Origin: Candidatus Latescibacterota bacterium
Lineage (GTDB): Bacteria > Latescibacterota > UBA2968 > UBA8231
DNA: 64,000 bases
Assembly: GCA_965223905.1 (NCBI GenBank)
Contig: CBDCXV010000009.1
Location: forward strand, 768,001-832,000
Direction of reading: 5' to 3'
Positions 39,607 through 50,139 of this stretch are shown piece by piece. Below the pieces are notes generated by a model, which did not search any database, had not been told where the DNA came from, and saw only the letters and a program-made list of their open reading frames with translations. Every line of letters begins with the position of its first letter. Positions within the stretch are counted from its first letter, which is position 1. The position numbers and the translations under genes are program-made.

Positions 39607-42600
39607 ATGAACCTCACCAGAATCGCACTGGACAACAGCCGCGTCACCATCGTGGCCCTGCTCGTCGTCGGGGTACTCGGTCTGGCCGGCTACCGGACGA
39701 TGCCGCGCGACAGCATGCCCCCCTACACGGTCCGGGCCGCCTCGGTAGTGACCACCTTCCCCGGGGCCGGTCCCGAGCGCGTCGAGGCCCTGATCACCAG
39801 CAGGATCGAGGAAGTCGCGCAGGAGTTGCCCGAGCTGAAGAACGTCTCCAGCGAGTCGCGGACCGGCCTGTCGGTAGTGGCGGTAGAGCTCGAACAGGGA
39901 GTACCGCCGGACGAGCTCCAGGCCGTGTGGGATCGATTGCGGCGCAGGATGGAGGCCATTCGCCCGGATTTGCCGGAAGGCACCTACGGCCCCGAGGTCC
40001 TGGACGATGGCATCGGGGCGGTGTACGGCATCGTGATCGGCCTGACCGGAGATGGTTTCACCTTTGCCGAACTCGAGGCCTGCGCCAGGGAACTGCGGGA
40101 CGACCTCATCAAGCTGCCGGGCGCCTCGGATGTGAGAACGGGCGGAATCCAGGAGGAGCGGATATACCTGCAGTTCAACGACGCCAGGATGGCGGAGCTG
40201 GGCCTCTCGGCCCAGAAGATCAAGAACGACATCGCCAGCACGAACATCGTTTTTGCCGGCGGCGAGGTCAGCCTGGAGGATGAACGCCTGGTGCTCGAAC
40301 CGACCGGCAGCTACGCCGATCTCGAGGACCTGGGGAGGACGTTGATAGCGGTGGGCAAGGGGGGGAGGGTGTACCTCGGGGACATTACCCGCATCGCGCG
40401 GGAGTACGAGACACCCAGGCAGCGCCTGGTCAGGATCGACGGACAGCCGGGGCTGTCTCTCTCGGTGGCGCTCAGTGAAGGGGCGAACATCATCGAGCTG
40501 GGAAAGGAGGTAGACCGACTGGTAGCCCTCCACCGGGCGCGGGCTCCCCTGGGGATAACCTTCAGCAGGGTGGCCTCCCAGGATATCGAGGTGGAGAAAT
40601 CGGTCGCCAACTTCACCAGCAACCTCCTGCAGGGCGTCGCCGTCGTGCTGGTTGCCATGCTGCTCTTCCTGGGGCTGCGCACCGGCCTGGTAGTGGCCAG
40701 CCTCATTCCCATGACCATTGTCGCGACCCTTTTCATCATGGGTGCTGCTCGATATCGGTCTCAACCAGGTGTCGCTGGCGGCGCTGATCATGGCGCTGGG
40801 CATGCTGGTGGACAATGCCATCGTGGTGTCGGAAGCGATCGTGGTGAAGATGGAAAGGGGCACCGAGGCCAGAGAGGCCGCCATCGAGTCGGCTCGCGAG
40901 CTGGCGGTGCCGCTCCTGGTCTCGTCGCTGACCACCTCGGCCGCCTTCCTTTCCTTCTTTCTGGCCCCGTCCATCATGGGCGAGATGATGGGTCCCCTGT
41001 TCAGCGTGATTTCCATAGCGCTGCTCTCATCCTGGCTGCTCTCCCTGACCATGGTCACGTTGCTGGCGGTGTTCTTCCTGCGGGTGAAACAGCAGGCCGC
41101 CCGGTCCGGGAGAAGCAACCTCATCGAGCGCTTGAACGGCTATTACGAAGAATTGCTGTTCAAGGCCCTTCAGCGCCCCTGGTCGTTTACGGCAATCATC
41201 GCCGGTTTGTTTGTAGTGTCGCTTCTGGGATTTGGTTTTTTGCCGTTCATCTTCTTTCCCGACAGCCAACGCAACCTGTTGACGTTGAACCTCAGTCTGC
41301 CATTGGGCACCAGGATCGAGACTACGACGGCCCGGGTGCAGATGCTCGAGTCGTATATCGCCGACAGTCTCCTGGTGAGCCCGCAACGACCGCGCGGGGG
41401 TAACCGACTGGGCGGCCTTCATCGGCGAGGGGCCCCCTTCCTACGATCTGGGTTACCAGCCGGGGGAGGGCAGTCCGGGTTCGGCCCACCTGTTGCTGAA
41501 CACCAGTTCGGGCGAGGACAACCAGTGGATAATCGACCGCCTGGACGGCTTCAGCTTCCGCTCCTTTCCCGATGCCGAGGCAAGGGTTTCGAGGCTGTCC
41601 GGCGGTAGCGGAGGAAGTGACGTGGCCGTGCGGATAACAGGACCTGATCCCGACGGACTGTTCGCCATCGCCGAGCGCATCAAGCAACGGCTCAACGGAA
41701 TGACCGGCACGAAGAACATCGGGGACGACTGGGGGCCGAAGATCAAGAAAGTCGTCGTCGACATCGACCCGTCCAGGACCCGGAAGGCCGGTCTGACCAA
41801 CCAGGATATCGCCCTTTCGCTGCAGGCCGCGCTCGCCGGGTTCGATATGGGTGCCTTCCGCGAGGGCGACCAGAGCATACCCATCGTGCTGCGCCACGAG
41901 AGCAGCCAGGAGGTCGATGTGCGCCAGCTGGAGAGCCTGAACATTTTCGCCCAGGGATCGGGGAAAAACGTTCCGTTGGGACAGGTGGCGCAGGTTGTTC
42001 CGCAGTGGCAGCTGCCCAGGATCAAACGGCGCGACTTGAACCGCACCATGACGGTGACCTGCGACGCCGGGAGCGGATTCACCGCGAAGGATGTCACCGA
42101 CGCCCTCGTCCCGTGGCTCGAGGAAGACAGCAGATCCTGGAAGCAGGGCTATCGCTACGAACTGGGCGGCGAGTCGGAGGAAAGCGGCGATGCCATGGGT
42201 GCCGTCATCTCGAAGCTGCCCCTGTCCGCCTTCATCATCCTGGGGCTGCTGATCCTCCAGTTCAACTCCATCCGCAAGACCTTCATCGTCCTGAGCACCA
42301 TCCCTCTCGGCCTGATCGGGGTGGTCGCCGGGTTGCTGGTCTTCGGCTCGTTCTTCGGCTTTTTCGCCTTTCTCGGGTTGATCTCCCTGGCGGGCATCGT
42401 CATCAACAACGCCATCGTTCTCCTGGACCGCATACAAACCGAACAGGACCGGTCCGGGCGGGCGTCCGTCGATGCGATTGTCGCCGCGGCGCAGCAGCGT
42501 TTCCGCCCCATCCTGTTGACCACCTGCACGACGACCCTTGGGCTCGTTCCCCTATACTTCGGCGGCGGCCTGATGTGGGAGCCGATGGCGGTGGCCATCA

Positions 42601-42683
42601 TGGTGGGCCTGCTCTTTGCTACAGTGATCACCTTGCTGTTCGTGCCGGTGCTGTACAAGATCCTCTTTGGCGTCAGAGACTGA
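39607..42683 (+). CDS. RND permease (AcrB/AcrD/AcrF family) split by two +1 frameshifts (about 40744 and the G-run 41396-41400)
   Basis: GMLVDNAIVV, GIVINNAIVLLD and RFRPILLT lie across three frames; total length fits one ~1020-aa protein. Confidence 0.88.
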
Positions 42684-42972
42684 CCTGCCGTTTTCAATCT
42701 ACAACGGAAAGATCGAGCCAAGGTGAGCCGGCCAGCTGCGGCGACCGGCACGAGTGGAAGCCTGACCCGGAGCGGCTGGCGCGGCGGTATGAGCGGTTCC
42801 GCACGCAGGTTTCGATGAACGCAGGGGCTTGGCCCCTCTATTGGCGTGGCCATCGTAGTGGGCTTGCTTCACCCACCGTGATTCACCATTCTGTCCGTTC
42901 CGGCCGTTCCGGTACTCAGCAAGATTCTCTTTGTCAACATTGAAAGTGAAACAGGTGATGAAAGGGGCTGAT

Positions 42973-43953
42973 ATGCTCGACAACATAATCGTCCGTCTCG
43001 TGGTTCACTATCTTGCCACATTCCTTTTTTTCGGGGGTCTTTGGGAGTTGCTTCCAGGGATCTTCCAGGAACAAGACATGGCAGAGAGAATTGGATCCGA
43101 CCCTTTGTCATCCCGGCAGTTCGAGCAACCCGAGCCTGATGCGGGACTGAGCCAGATGTTTGTGCCAGTGTCGACGTCCCTGCTGTTTTCGTTTCTCTTC
43201 GCCCTGCCCGTGACCTGGGTGTATCGCTGGACCCGGCCCCGCAAGAAATACAGCCAGGCCTTTGCCCAGACCCTCCTCGTCGTGCCCATTGCGATTGCCC
43301 TCGTCGTGTTTCTCGTCAAGGACAGTGTCGCCCTCGCCTTCAGTCTCGCGGGCATTGTCGCCGCGGTTCGCTTTCGCACGTCGTTGAACGAACCCATGGA
43401 TGCCACCTACATGTTCATCGTCATTGGCATCGGGTTGGCGGCCGGTATCCAGTACGGTTCAGTGGCGATCCTGGCATCGGTGGCTTTCAATACCGTTGCA
43501 CTCGGCGTCTGGCGCATGAACTGGGGAGCAGAGCCTGCGGTCATGTCCGGGTTCAGGTTGGTGCGTTCGGCCAAGGAGGGGTCGACCGGTGTGAGCTTTG
43601 CCCAGGCGGGTAAAGACCGCCGTCAAGTGCAGGCTCCGCCACGAGGACGAGGTGCGAGCGGGGCAAAGGCGGGTAAAGACCCCAAACCGTACAATGCCAG
43701 GCTCAGGGTACACACGACGCAGATCAAGGGGGCGCAGGAGGCCGCTGTTGCGCTCCTGCCGACCTATGCCACGCGCTGGGAGCAGATTGGGATTGTAAAA
43801 CATGAAGAGGGCGCTGCGATTGTCGAGTTTGACGTTCGGCTGAAGAAAAAAACGGATCCGGCCGCCTTCACCGCAGCGCTTGAAAAAAGCGCCGGGGGAC
43901 ATACCGACAAAGTGGAGTTGGAAAGGATTATGGATCATGGGCAGCCAGGGTAA
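42973..43953 (+). CDS. DUF4956 membrane protein
   Basis: ALAFSLAGIVAAVRFRT...IGIGLAAG motif. Confidence 0.85.
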   Translation: MLDNIIVRLVVHYLATFLFFGGLWELLPGIFQEQDMAERIGSDPLSSRQFEQPEPDAGLSQMFVPVSTSLLFSFLFALPVTWVYRWTRPRKKYSQAFAQTLLVVPIAIALVVFLVKDSVALAFSLAGIVAAVRFRTSLNEPMDATYMFIVIGIGLAAGIQYGSVAILASVAFNTVALGVWRMNWGAEPAVMSGFRLVRSAKEGSTGVSFAQAGKDRRQVQAPPRGRGASGAKAGKDPKPYNARLRVHTTQIKGAQEAAVALLPTYATRWEQIGIVKHEEGAAIVEFDVRLKKKTDPAAFTAALEKSAGGHTDKVELERIMDHGQPG

Positions 43954-45037
43954 CAAACTCCTGATAGGGTTTCTGGTCTTCAGCGGTTTGTTTTTTGCGG
44001 TGGCAACGCTCGTGCGGAAAGACGCCGCGGTCGATTCCGACGTGGACGCTGCGGACAGTCTGGCATCTGCATCCACTTCAGGGACGGCGCGCGGGGACCA
44101 TCTAACCCCGGCGAGTCGGCAGTTGCGGCTCGTGTCGACTGTGTGGTCGCCGTTCACCAACGCGCCAGGAGAGCCTCGGTTCGCCCTCGATCTGGTCGGC
44201 GAGGCTCTCCGACGCGCGGGGATCAGCGCCGAAACTGTCATCGTGGACGAGGCCAGGTTTACTTCCTCACTGCTGAGCGGCGAGTACGACGGAAGCGCCG
44301 CCGTGTGGAAGTACGCGGAGCGCGAACCGGTGCTGATTTACTCGCAGCCGTATCTCTGGAACCGGTTGATCCTCGTCGGGCGGCAGGGCAGCGACGTGTC
44401 GGCGACCTCGCTGGCCGACCTCGCCGGCAAGCGGATCGCCCTGGTCGCCGGGTACGTGTATGGCGAGGAAGTCGAGACGACGGACGGGCTGATCATCGTT
44501 GACTCGACCGGTGAAGAGGACAGCGTCGCAAAACTCCTCAACGGTGAGGTGGACTACACGCTGATGGACGATGTGGTCGTCCAGTACATCATCACCAACT
44601 ACGGAGAAGAAGCTCAAACGCGGCTGGCGTTCGGCTCGACGCCTCTGCTCACACGCTCGCTTCACCTCGCCGTCCGCCGCTCGCTTCCGGACGCCGAGTC
44701 GATCATCTCGCGGTTCAATGCCGGGCTGCGCGGCATGATCGCCGACCGCACCTACCATCGCCTGTTCCACCTCGACTGGATTCAAGCGGACGTCGACGGC
44801 GACGGTAGCAGCGAGTACGTGCCTCGCGTCGATCAAACCGGCCCGCGCCCGCCGGAGCGTTCCTACGTGCTCTCGGCGACGGGCAGCCCGACCACGAAGC
44901 CCGGCACGACGCAGCGCTTCTACTTCGACGGGGTCATCTACGAAGGCTGGTCAAACGTGCCCGAGCAGTACAAGGCCCCGGTCAGCAAACCCGAGCGGCG
45001 CCGGCACGCGGTCAGAATCTTCACCTTCACGTGGTAG
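43937..45037 (+). CDS. Membrane-anchored extracellular solute-binding protein (family 3 type)
   Basis: WSPF, YSQPY, LADLAGKRI, FNAGL..M.ADRTY; DVDGDG Ca-binding-like loop. Confidence 0.8.
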   Translation: MGSQGNKLLIGFLVFSGLFFAVATLVRKDAAVDSDVDAADSLASASTSGTARGDHLTPASRQLRLVSTVWSPFTNAPGEPRFALDLVGEALRRAGISAETVIVDEARFTSSLLSGEYDGSAAVWKYAEREPVLIYSQPYLWNRLILVGRQGSDVSATSLADLAGKRIALVAGYVYGEEVETTDGLIIVDSTGEEDSVAKLLNGEVDYTLMDDVVVQYIITNYGEEAQTRLAFGSTPLLTRSLHLAVRRSLPDAESIISRFNAGLRGMIADRTYHRLFHLDWIQADVDGDGSSEYVPRVDQTGPRPPERSYVLSATGSPTTKPGTTQRFYFDGVIYEGWSNVPEQYKAPVSKPERRRHAVRIFTFTW

Positions 45038-45135
45038 CGGGAGCGGGTCCACTGCGCTCGTGTGACGTGATCCCGTAGAAGGATCTCGGCCCGGTTCTCT
45101 TTGCCCGCAGCGAACTTAGTTGATTAAAGAAGCAA

Positions 45136-45232
45136 ATATGCTCGACAACATAATCGTCCGTCTCGTGGTTCACTATCTTGCCACATTGCTTTTGTTCGGG
45201 GGCCTTTGGGTGTTGTTTCCAGGGGTCTTTCA
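45136..45232 (+). repeat. Copy of the 5' end of the DUF4956 gene (42971-43067)
   Basis: First 52 nt identical, then scattered mismatches. Confidence 0.92.
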
Positions 45233-45252
45233 ACCTTGAGGGGGTATGGATT

Positions 45253-46281
45253 GTGAGCAGTCCGGGTAACAACTTCCTGACAGGGTTTTTTATCTTCAGT
45301 GTTTTGTTTTTTGTGGTGGCATTGCTCGTTCGGCATGACGCGGCGATCGATTCCGACGTGGACGTGCAGCATCATGGCACATCAGGCGGCGCACATGCGA
45401 AGGAGGACGCCGCGATCGCTTCCGGCGTGGACGCCGCGGCCAACGCCGCGGAAAGTTTGCCATCCACATCCGCTTCAGGCACGGTGCGCGGGGACCATCT
45501 CACCCTCGCGAGTTACGACCTCGAAAAACCGGCGCGGCATTTCAAGCTGCCGAAGCGGTTGCGGGAGGTTTCCGGATTGGCCATGCTCGCCGGGAACCGA
45601 CTCCTCGCGCACGATGACGAAAGGGGCGTGGTAGTAGAGATCGGTTATCGCGATGGTTCGATTGTAAAGGCGTTCGCACTCGGCGCCGGGCGCGATCCGG
45701 TCGCCGACGACTTCGAAGGCATCGCCGCGGCTGAAGGTCACATATACCTTGTCTCGAGTTCAGGACGGTTGTACGAGTTTGGCGAAGGCGCCGACGGGGC
45801 AACCGTTCTCTACAAACTGTATGCAACCGGCATTGGACGAGATCACGAAATAGAGGGACTCGCCTACGACCCGGACCAACGAGTGCTGTTGCTTGTCAGC
45901 AAAAACCCCAGGAACCCCGGGCAGGCGGGCCTGATAGCGATATATCGCTGGTCCGTCGATACCAAACAGCTCGCCGAGGTTGGCCGTATCCTCCTGGAGG
46001 CCTCCGCGCTGGCGCGCCGCATCGGCAGCAAACGATTCCAACCTTCGGGCATCGAGCGGCACCCGGTATCGGGAAACTACTTTGTCGTGGCTGCCCGCCA
46101 GGGCGCCGTTGCCGAGATTACCCCACAGGGACAGGTCCTCGCCGTAGCGGAACTGGCGGCCCGCCGGCATCCGCAGGCCGAGGGCATTGCCTTTGCTTCC
46201 GACAATACCTTGGTCATAGCCGACGAAGGGGCGGGGAAGCGCGCGCGCCTGAGCTTCTACCCCGTTGCCAAGGGCCGCTAG
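45253..46281 (+). CDS. SdiA-regulated/YjiK-like beta-propeller protein
   Basis: LREVSGL, DFEGIA, IEGLAYD, PQAEGIAF, IADEG. Confidence 0.82.
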   Translation: MSSPGNNFLTGFFIFSVLFFVVALLVRHDAAIDSDVDVQHHGTSGGAHAKEDAAIASGVDAAANAAESLPSTSASGTVRGDHLTLASYDLEKPARHFKLPKRLREVSGLAMLAGNRLLAHDDERGVVVEIGYRDGSIVKAFALGAGRDPVADDFEGIAAAEGHIYLVSSSGRLYEFGEGADGATVLYKLYATGIGRDHEIEGLAYDPDQRVLLLVSKNPRNPGQAGLIAIYRWSVDTKQLAEVGRILLEASALARRIGSKRFQPSGIERHPVSGNYFVVAARQGAVAEITPQGQVLAVAELAARRHPQAEGIAFASDNTLVIADEGAGKRARLSFYPVAKGR

Positions 46282-46363
46282 CGGCGCGCAAAAGAGCGAC
46301 AATCTGCCGGCGCATTGGATGGGCAGGATGTACAGTTGACAACCCCGAAAGCGAAGGAGTTCC

Positions 46364-49075
46364 ATGATGACGCCTCCGAAGCGGCGCGCCATGTTTCTCT
46401 CGTTGGTGCTCGTTCTTTCCGTTCCGGCGGCATCGGCGTCCCAGGAAGACCCACCGGCTCCCGGGTCCATGATCCACCGGTCCATTCCTCCTCCGGGCGC
46501 GAGGACCCATGTCGTGATTCCGGGGGAGAGATTCCGGGTCTCGCCGTCCAACCGCTGGTTCTACGGCAGCAACTACCGCGACCTCTGGACTACGCCGATC
46601 GAGGTTGAGGTCCTTGACCTGGATCGGGTGGGAGGCGGCCTGACGCCGCTTCGCACCGGCGGCTTCGGACAGTCCATCTCGCTCCACTTCACCGGGCGGG
46701 ATGGCCGCCGCTATACGGTCCGTTCGCTGGACAAGGACGCCACCCGGCGGGTGCCGGACATCGTCAGGGAAACGGTCGTGGGCGAAGTCCTTCAGGACCT
46801 GATCAGCGCGATGCTGCCCACCGGGGCGCTCGTGGTCGATCCCCTGATGGAAGCTACCGGCATTCTCCATTCCGGGCACACGCTGGTTGTGATTCCGGAT
46901 GATCCCCGGCTCGGAGAGTACCGCGCTTCCTTTGCGGGCTTGATCGGACTGCTGCAGGAACATCCTTCCGAAGGCCCGGACGATACCCCCGGCTTCGCCG
47001 GTTCGCGGAAGGTGAGCGGCACGGACAAGATGCGGGACCGCCTGGAAGACGGCCCCTGCGACCGTGTCGATGCCCGAGCCTTTCTCAAGGCGCGACTCAT
47101 GGACTTTCTCATCGGCGACAAGGACCGTCATCACGGCCAGTGGCGATGGGCGCGGTTCCCCGACGGGGATTGCCATACCTGGCTCCCGATACCAGAGGAT
47201 CGCGACCAGGCCTTCATTGACTTCGACGGGTTTGCGATGGCGTTAGCGCGCCGAGCGATACCCATCCAGATCCGCTTCGAGGACACCTATCCAAATCTGG
47301 TTGGCCTGACCATGACCGGTTGGGAGTTGGATCGCGAGTTCCTGGCCGAACTCGACCGGACGGCGTGGGATGCGGTGGTAGCGGAATTTCGTGAGGACCT
47401 GCCGGATCCCGTCATCGAAGATGCAGTCCGCCGCCTCCCCCCGCCGTACTACGAGGGCGTCGGCGAAGCTCTTGCCAAGACCCTCAAGTCGCGTCGCGAC
47501 GCGCTGCCTGACTTTGCCGACAGATACTACGAGTCGATCACTCGCCAGGCCGAAATCCGGGCGACCGACCGGGACGAGTACCTCCACTGCGAGCACCTGC
47601 GGAACGGTAATCTCGTCGTCCGTATAGGTCTCGCCGAAGGACCCGGGGGAGAAAGAACGGCGCCCTGGTTCGAGCGGACGTTCCACGCCGAAGAAACGCG
47701 GGAGGTCCGCATAGCCCTCCGGGGGGGAGACGACAGCGTGGAGGTATCGGGGACGGACGGACGGATTTCCGTTCGCATCGATGGTGGCGGCGGGGATGAC
47801 ACCTTCGTCAACGCGTCCGGGGTTGGCGCTTCCAGAACGGCGTTCTACGACTCTCGCGGGAAGAATCGGTTCGTCGAGGGCAACGGAGCGCGAACCGACG
47901 AGCGTCCCTACCGACGCCCGCCCGCCACCCACACGCCCAATGCCAGGTACGCGCTGGATTGGGGCATGCTGACGTCAACCATCCCGATCGTGATGGTGGA
48001 TCGGGATCTGGGTGCGTTCCTCAGCCTGTCTCACAGCCGGCAGTATTTCGGCTATCGCCGAGACCCGTTCGCTGCACGGCATTCCTTCAGCCTCGGGTTC
48101 GCCAGTAGCGGTCTCAAGCCCTTTGCCTCCTATAGCGGCACCTTTCGCCGCCTTCTCCGCGGTCTCGACGCCACCGTTCACGCCGAGTACTCCGGTTTCG
48201 AGACGGTCCGTTTCACCGGCTTCGGCAACGACACGCAGCTTCTGGGTTCGTCCGACTTCTACAAGGTGGAACAGAAGTACTTTGTTTTCTCGCCCGCCAT
48301 CGAGCTTAGAAGGGAACAGCGTCATGGAGAGGCGCATGCTGGGGGGACGGAACCACGGCGCTCGGAAACAGCGATCAGTCTGGGGCCCATCGTCAAGTAC
48401 TCCAGCACGCCACTGGCTGCCAACCAGGACAAATACATCGCTTCTCTGGATCACCCGGTGTACGGCATGGGTTCCTTCGGCCAGGCAGGAGCGCAGGGAC
48501 GGGTCGAGTACGACACCCGCAACAATCCGGCGTACCCCACGAGCGGTCTCCTGGTCCGAGGCGCCGGAGCCATCTACCCCGGCGTCTGGGATGCGAAGTC
48601 GGCCTTCGGCACCGCAGAGGGAGCGGTGCATGCCTACCTGACGGCTCGTATTCCGACCACCCCCACCCTGGCCCTGAGAGCGGGCGGGAAGAAGGTGTGG
48701 GGGACCTTCCCCTTCCACGAGAGCGCCTTCCTCGGCGGGCCCGGCTTTGCCGGTGCCGGCACCTCCGGCGGTCAGGTCCGCGGTGTTCGCAAGGACCGGT
48801 TTGCGGGAGACGCCTCGGTGTATGCAAATGCCGAACTGCGTTTGGCGGTTGCCTCCTTGCAGCTCTTGATGCCGGGAGAGTTCGGCGTGTTTCTTGGCGC
48901 TGACACCGGCCGGGTATTCTTCGCGGGGGATCCGGCCGACGCCGGCAAATGGCACACCGGCGCCGGGGGTGGATTCTGGCTGTCGTTCCTCCACCGCCGG
49001 CGGTCCGTGAGCGTTGCGGTCATGGATGGCGCTGAAATGACGGGACTGTACGTGCGCGCCGGTTTCCTGTTCTAG
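46364..49075 (+). CDS. Omp85/BamA-TamA-like outer-membrane protein with an N-terminal kinase-like domain
   Basis: Signal peptide; DRHHGQW and DRDQAF; C-terminal VRG..KDRFAG, AELR, DTGRV and terminal F. Confidence 0.8.
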   Translation: MMTPPKRRAMFLSLVLVLSVPAASASQEDPPAPGSMIHRSIPPPGARTHVVIPGERFRVSPSNRWFYGSNYRDLWTTPIEVEVLDLDRVGGGLTPLRTGGFGQSISLHFTGRDGRRYTVRSLDKDATRRVPDIVRETVVGEVLQDLISAMLPTGALVVDPLMEATGILHSGHTLVVIPDDPRLGEYRASFAGLIGLLQEHPSEGPDDTPGFAGSRKVSGTDKMRDRLEDGPCDRVDARAFLKARLMDFLIGDKDRHHGQWRWARFPDGDCHTWLPIPEDRDQAFIDFDGFAMALARRAIPIQIRFEDTYPNLVGLTMTGWELDREFLAELDRTAWDAVVAEFREDLPDPVIEDAVRRLPPPYYEGVGEALAKTLKSRRDALPDFADRYYESITRQAEIRATDRDEYLHCEHLRNGNLVVRIGLAEGPGGERTAPWFERTFHAEETREVRIALRGGDDSVEVSGTDGRISVRIDGGGGDDTFVNASGVGASRTAFYDSRGKNRFVEGNGARTDERPYRRPPATHTPNARYALDWGMLTSTIPIVMVDRDLGAFLSLSHSRQYFGYRRDPFAARHSFSLGFASSGLKPFASYSGTFRRLLRGLDATVHAEYSGFETVRFTGFGNDTQLLGSSDFYKVEQKYFVFSPAIELRREQRHGEAHAGGTEPRRSETAISLGPIVKYSSTPLAANQDKYIASLDHPVYGMGSFGQAGAQGRVEYDTRNNPAYPTSGLLVRGAGAIYPGVWDAKSAFGTAEGAVHAYLTARIPTTPTLALRAGGKKVWGTFPFHESAFLGGPGFAGAGTSGGQVRGVRKDRFAGDASVYANAELRLAVASLQLLMPGEFGVFLGADTGRVFFAGDPADAGKWHTGAGGGFWLSFLHRRRSVSVAVMDGAEMTGLYVRAGFLF

Positions 49076-49189
49076 TGCCTGCGCGCGCAGTCTCGCGTGA
49101 ATTCGTTCGCCGATGCATCCCGCCTCGCTGCGTTGCGCTCTGTCGGTGGGTCCCCTACCCACCTCCGCACCCTGAAGCGTCGACTCGAC

Positions 49190-49468
49190 AATATCCTTGC
49201 GGAAGCCCCGCAGGTTGCCGGAGCCGCCGACCGCGGCGGCTTCGTGGAACGGGCTGCCGTAGATCCACCGGTGCAAAAGGTTTGCCTTGAATCGCCCGCC
49301 TGGTACAACAAGGTGAGTCGTGTCGCCCTTCTCCGGGATAGAGCGGTAAATCAGCCGGCCGGCCTGTGCCGCTGCCCCGTCAGCACCCCAAAGAGGCAGG
49401 ACGACAACAAGCGGAGCGATCGCCAGGCGACGCAGCCGGGAACGGATGAAGCGCTCGTTTCGTCTCAT
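49190..49468 (-). pseudogene. Convergent, internally deleted paralog of the Omp85-like gene
   Basis: IYRSIP..THLVVPG.RF...RWIYGS is fused directly to PFHE.A..GG...RGFRKD, i.e. the N- and C-terminal motifs of 46364 with about 2.1 kb missing. Confidence 0.8.
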
Positions 49469-49507
49469 TCTTCAAGCTCCTTTTACTCGGTAACAGGGAG
49501 GAAGACC

Positions 49508-49915
49508 ATGCGATACTTTTCGGTAGGTGCGGCGGCACTGATCGCCCTTTCCGTTGCGTGTGACGACTCGGATCCTGTCGCAGGAAACAGCAATGGCGAA
49601 CAGCGGACCGAGGAAGGCGACCGCGCCCAGCTGGCGGAGATGCGACGGGAAATCGACGCGCTCGCCGGCGACGCAACGGGCGCGTCAATTGAGGATTGCC
49701 GCTACTCGGGCTTGGGTGCCAAGCCCTGCGGCGGTCCTTGGGAGTACGTGATTTATTCCACTTCATCAACCGATTCGATGGCACTGGCCGAGCAGCTGAC
49801 AGCGTACAACGCCTTTGAAGCCGGGATGAACGAGCGCTATCAGTATGTTTCGGACTGCTCATTGGCCGACGTGCCGGTGTTGGCGCACAGGGATGGGCGG
49901 TGCGTCGCCGAGTGA
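49508..49915 (+). CDS. Hypothetical Cys-rich lipoprotein
   Basis: GGGAGG RBS, lipobox SVAC, GAKPCGGP..Y..YS motif. Confidence 0.78.
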   Translation: MRYFSVGAAALIALSVACDDSDPVAGNSNGEQRTEEGDRAQLAEMRREIDALAGDATGASIEDCRYSGLGAKPCGGPWEYVIYSTSSTDSMALAEQLTAYNAFEAGMNERYQYVSDCSLADVPVLAHRDGRCVAE

Positions 49916-50139
49916 CGCCTGGCCTCAAACGTGTATCTATATTCCCAAAAGAAAGCCACGCGCAAAAGAAAGCCACGCGATGCCACCTCCCGCGAAAGAA
50001 AGAAGATGTGAAGTGAAGCTCCGCTCCTTGCTGCTCCCGCTGGCCCTGGCGGCCGCCCAAGGGTAGTCGAAACCTGTGTCGGGCCTTGGTTGGAGCGAAA
50101 AACCAGGGAAAGGCGAAACAGAGCCGGGGGAATCGATCG

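Noticed and set aside
39607-42683. Programmed frameshifting or true pseudogenisation of the RND permease (also the shift at 7719-7722)
   Set aside because: Single-base indels, two of three in homopolymers, in otherwise intact genes; sequencing error is more likely. Needs read checking.
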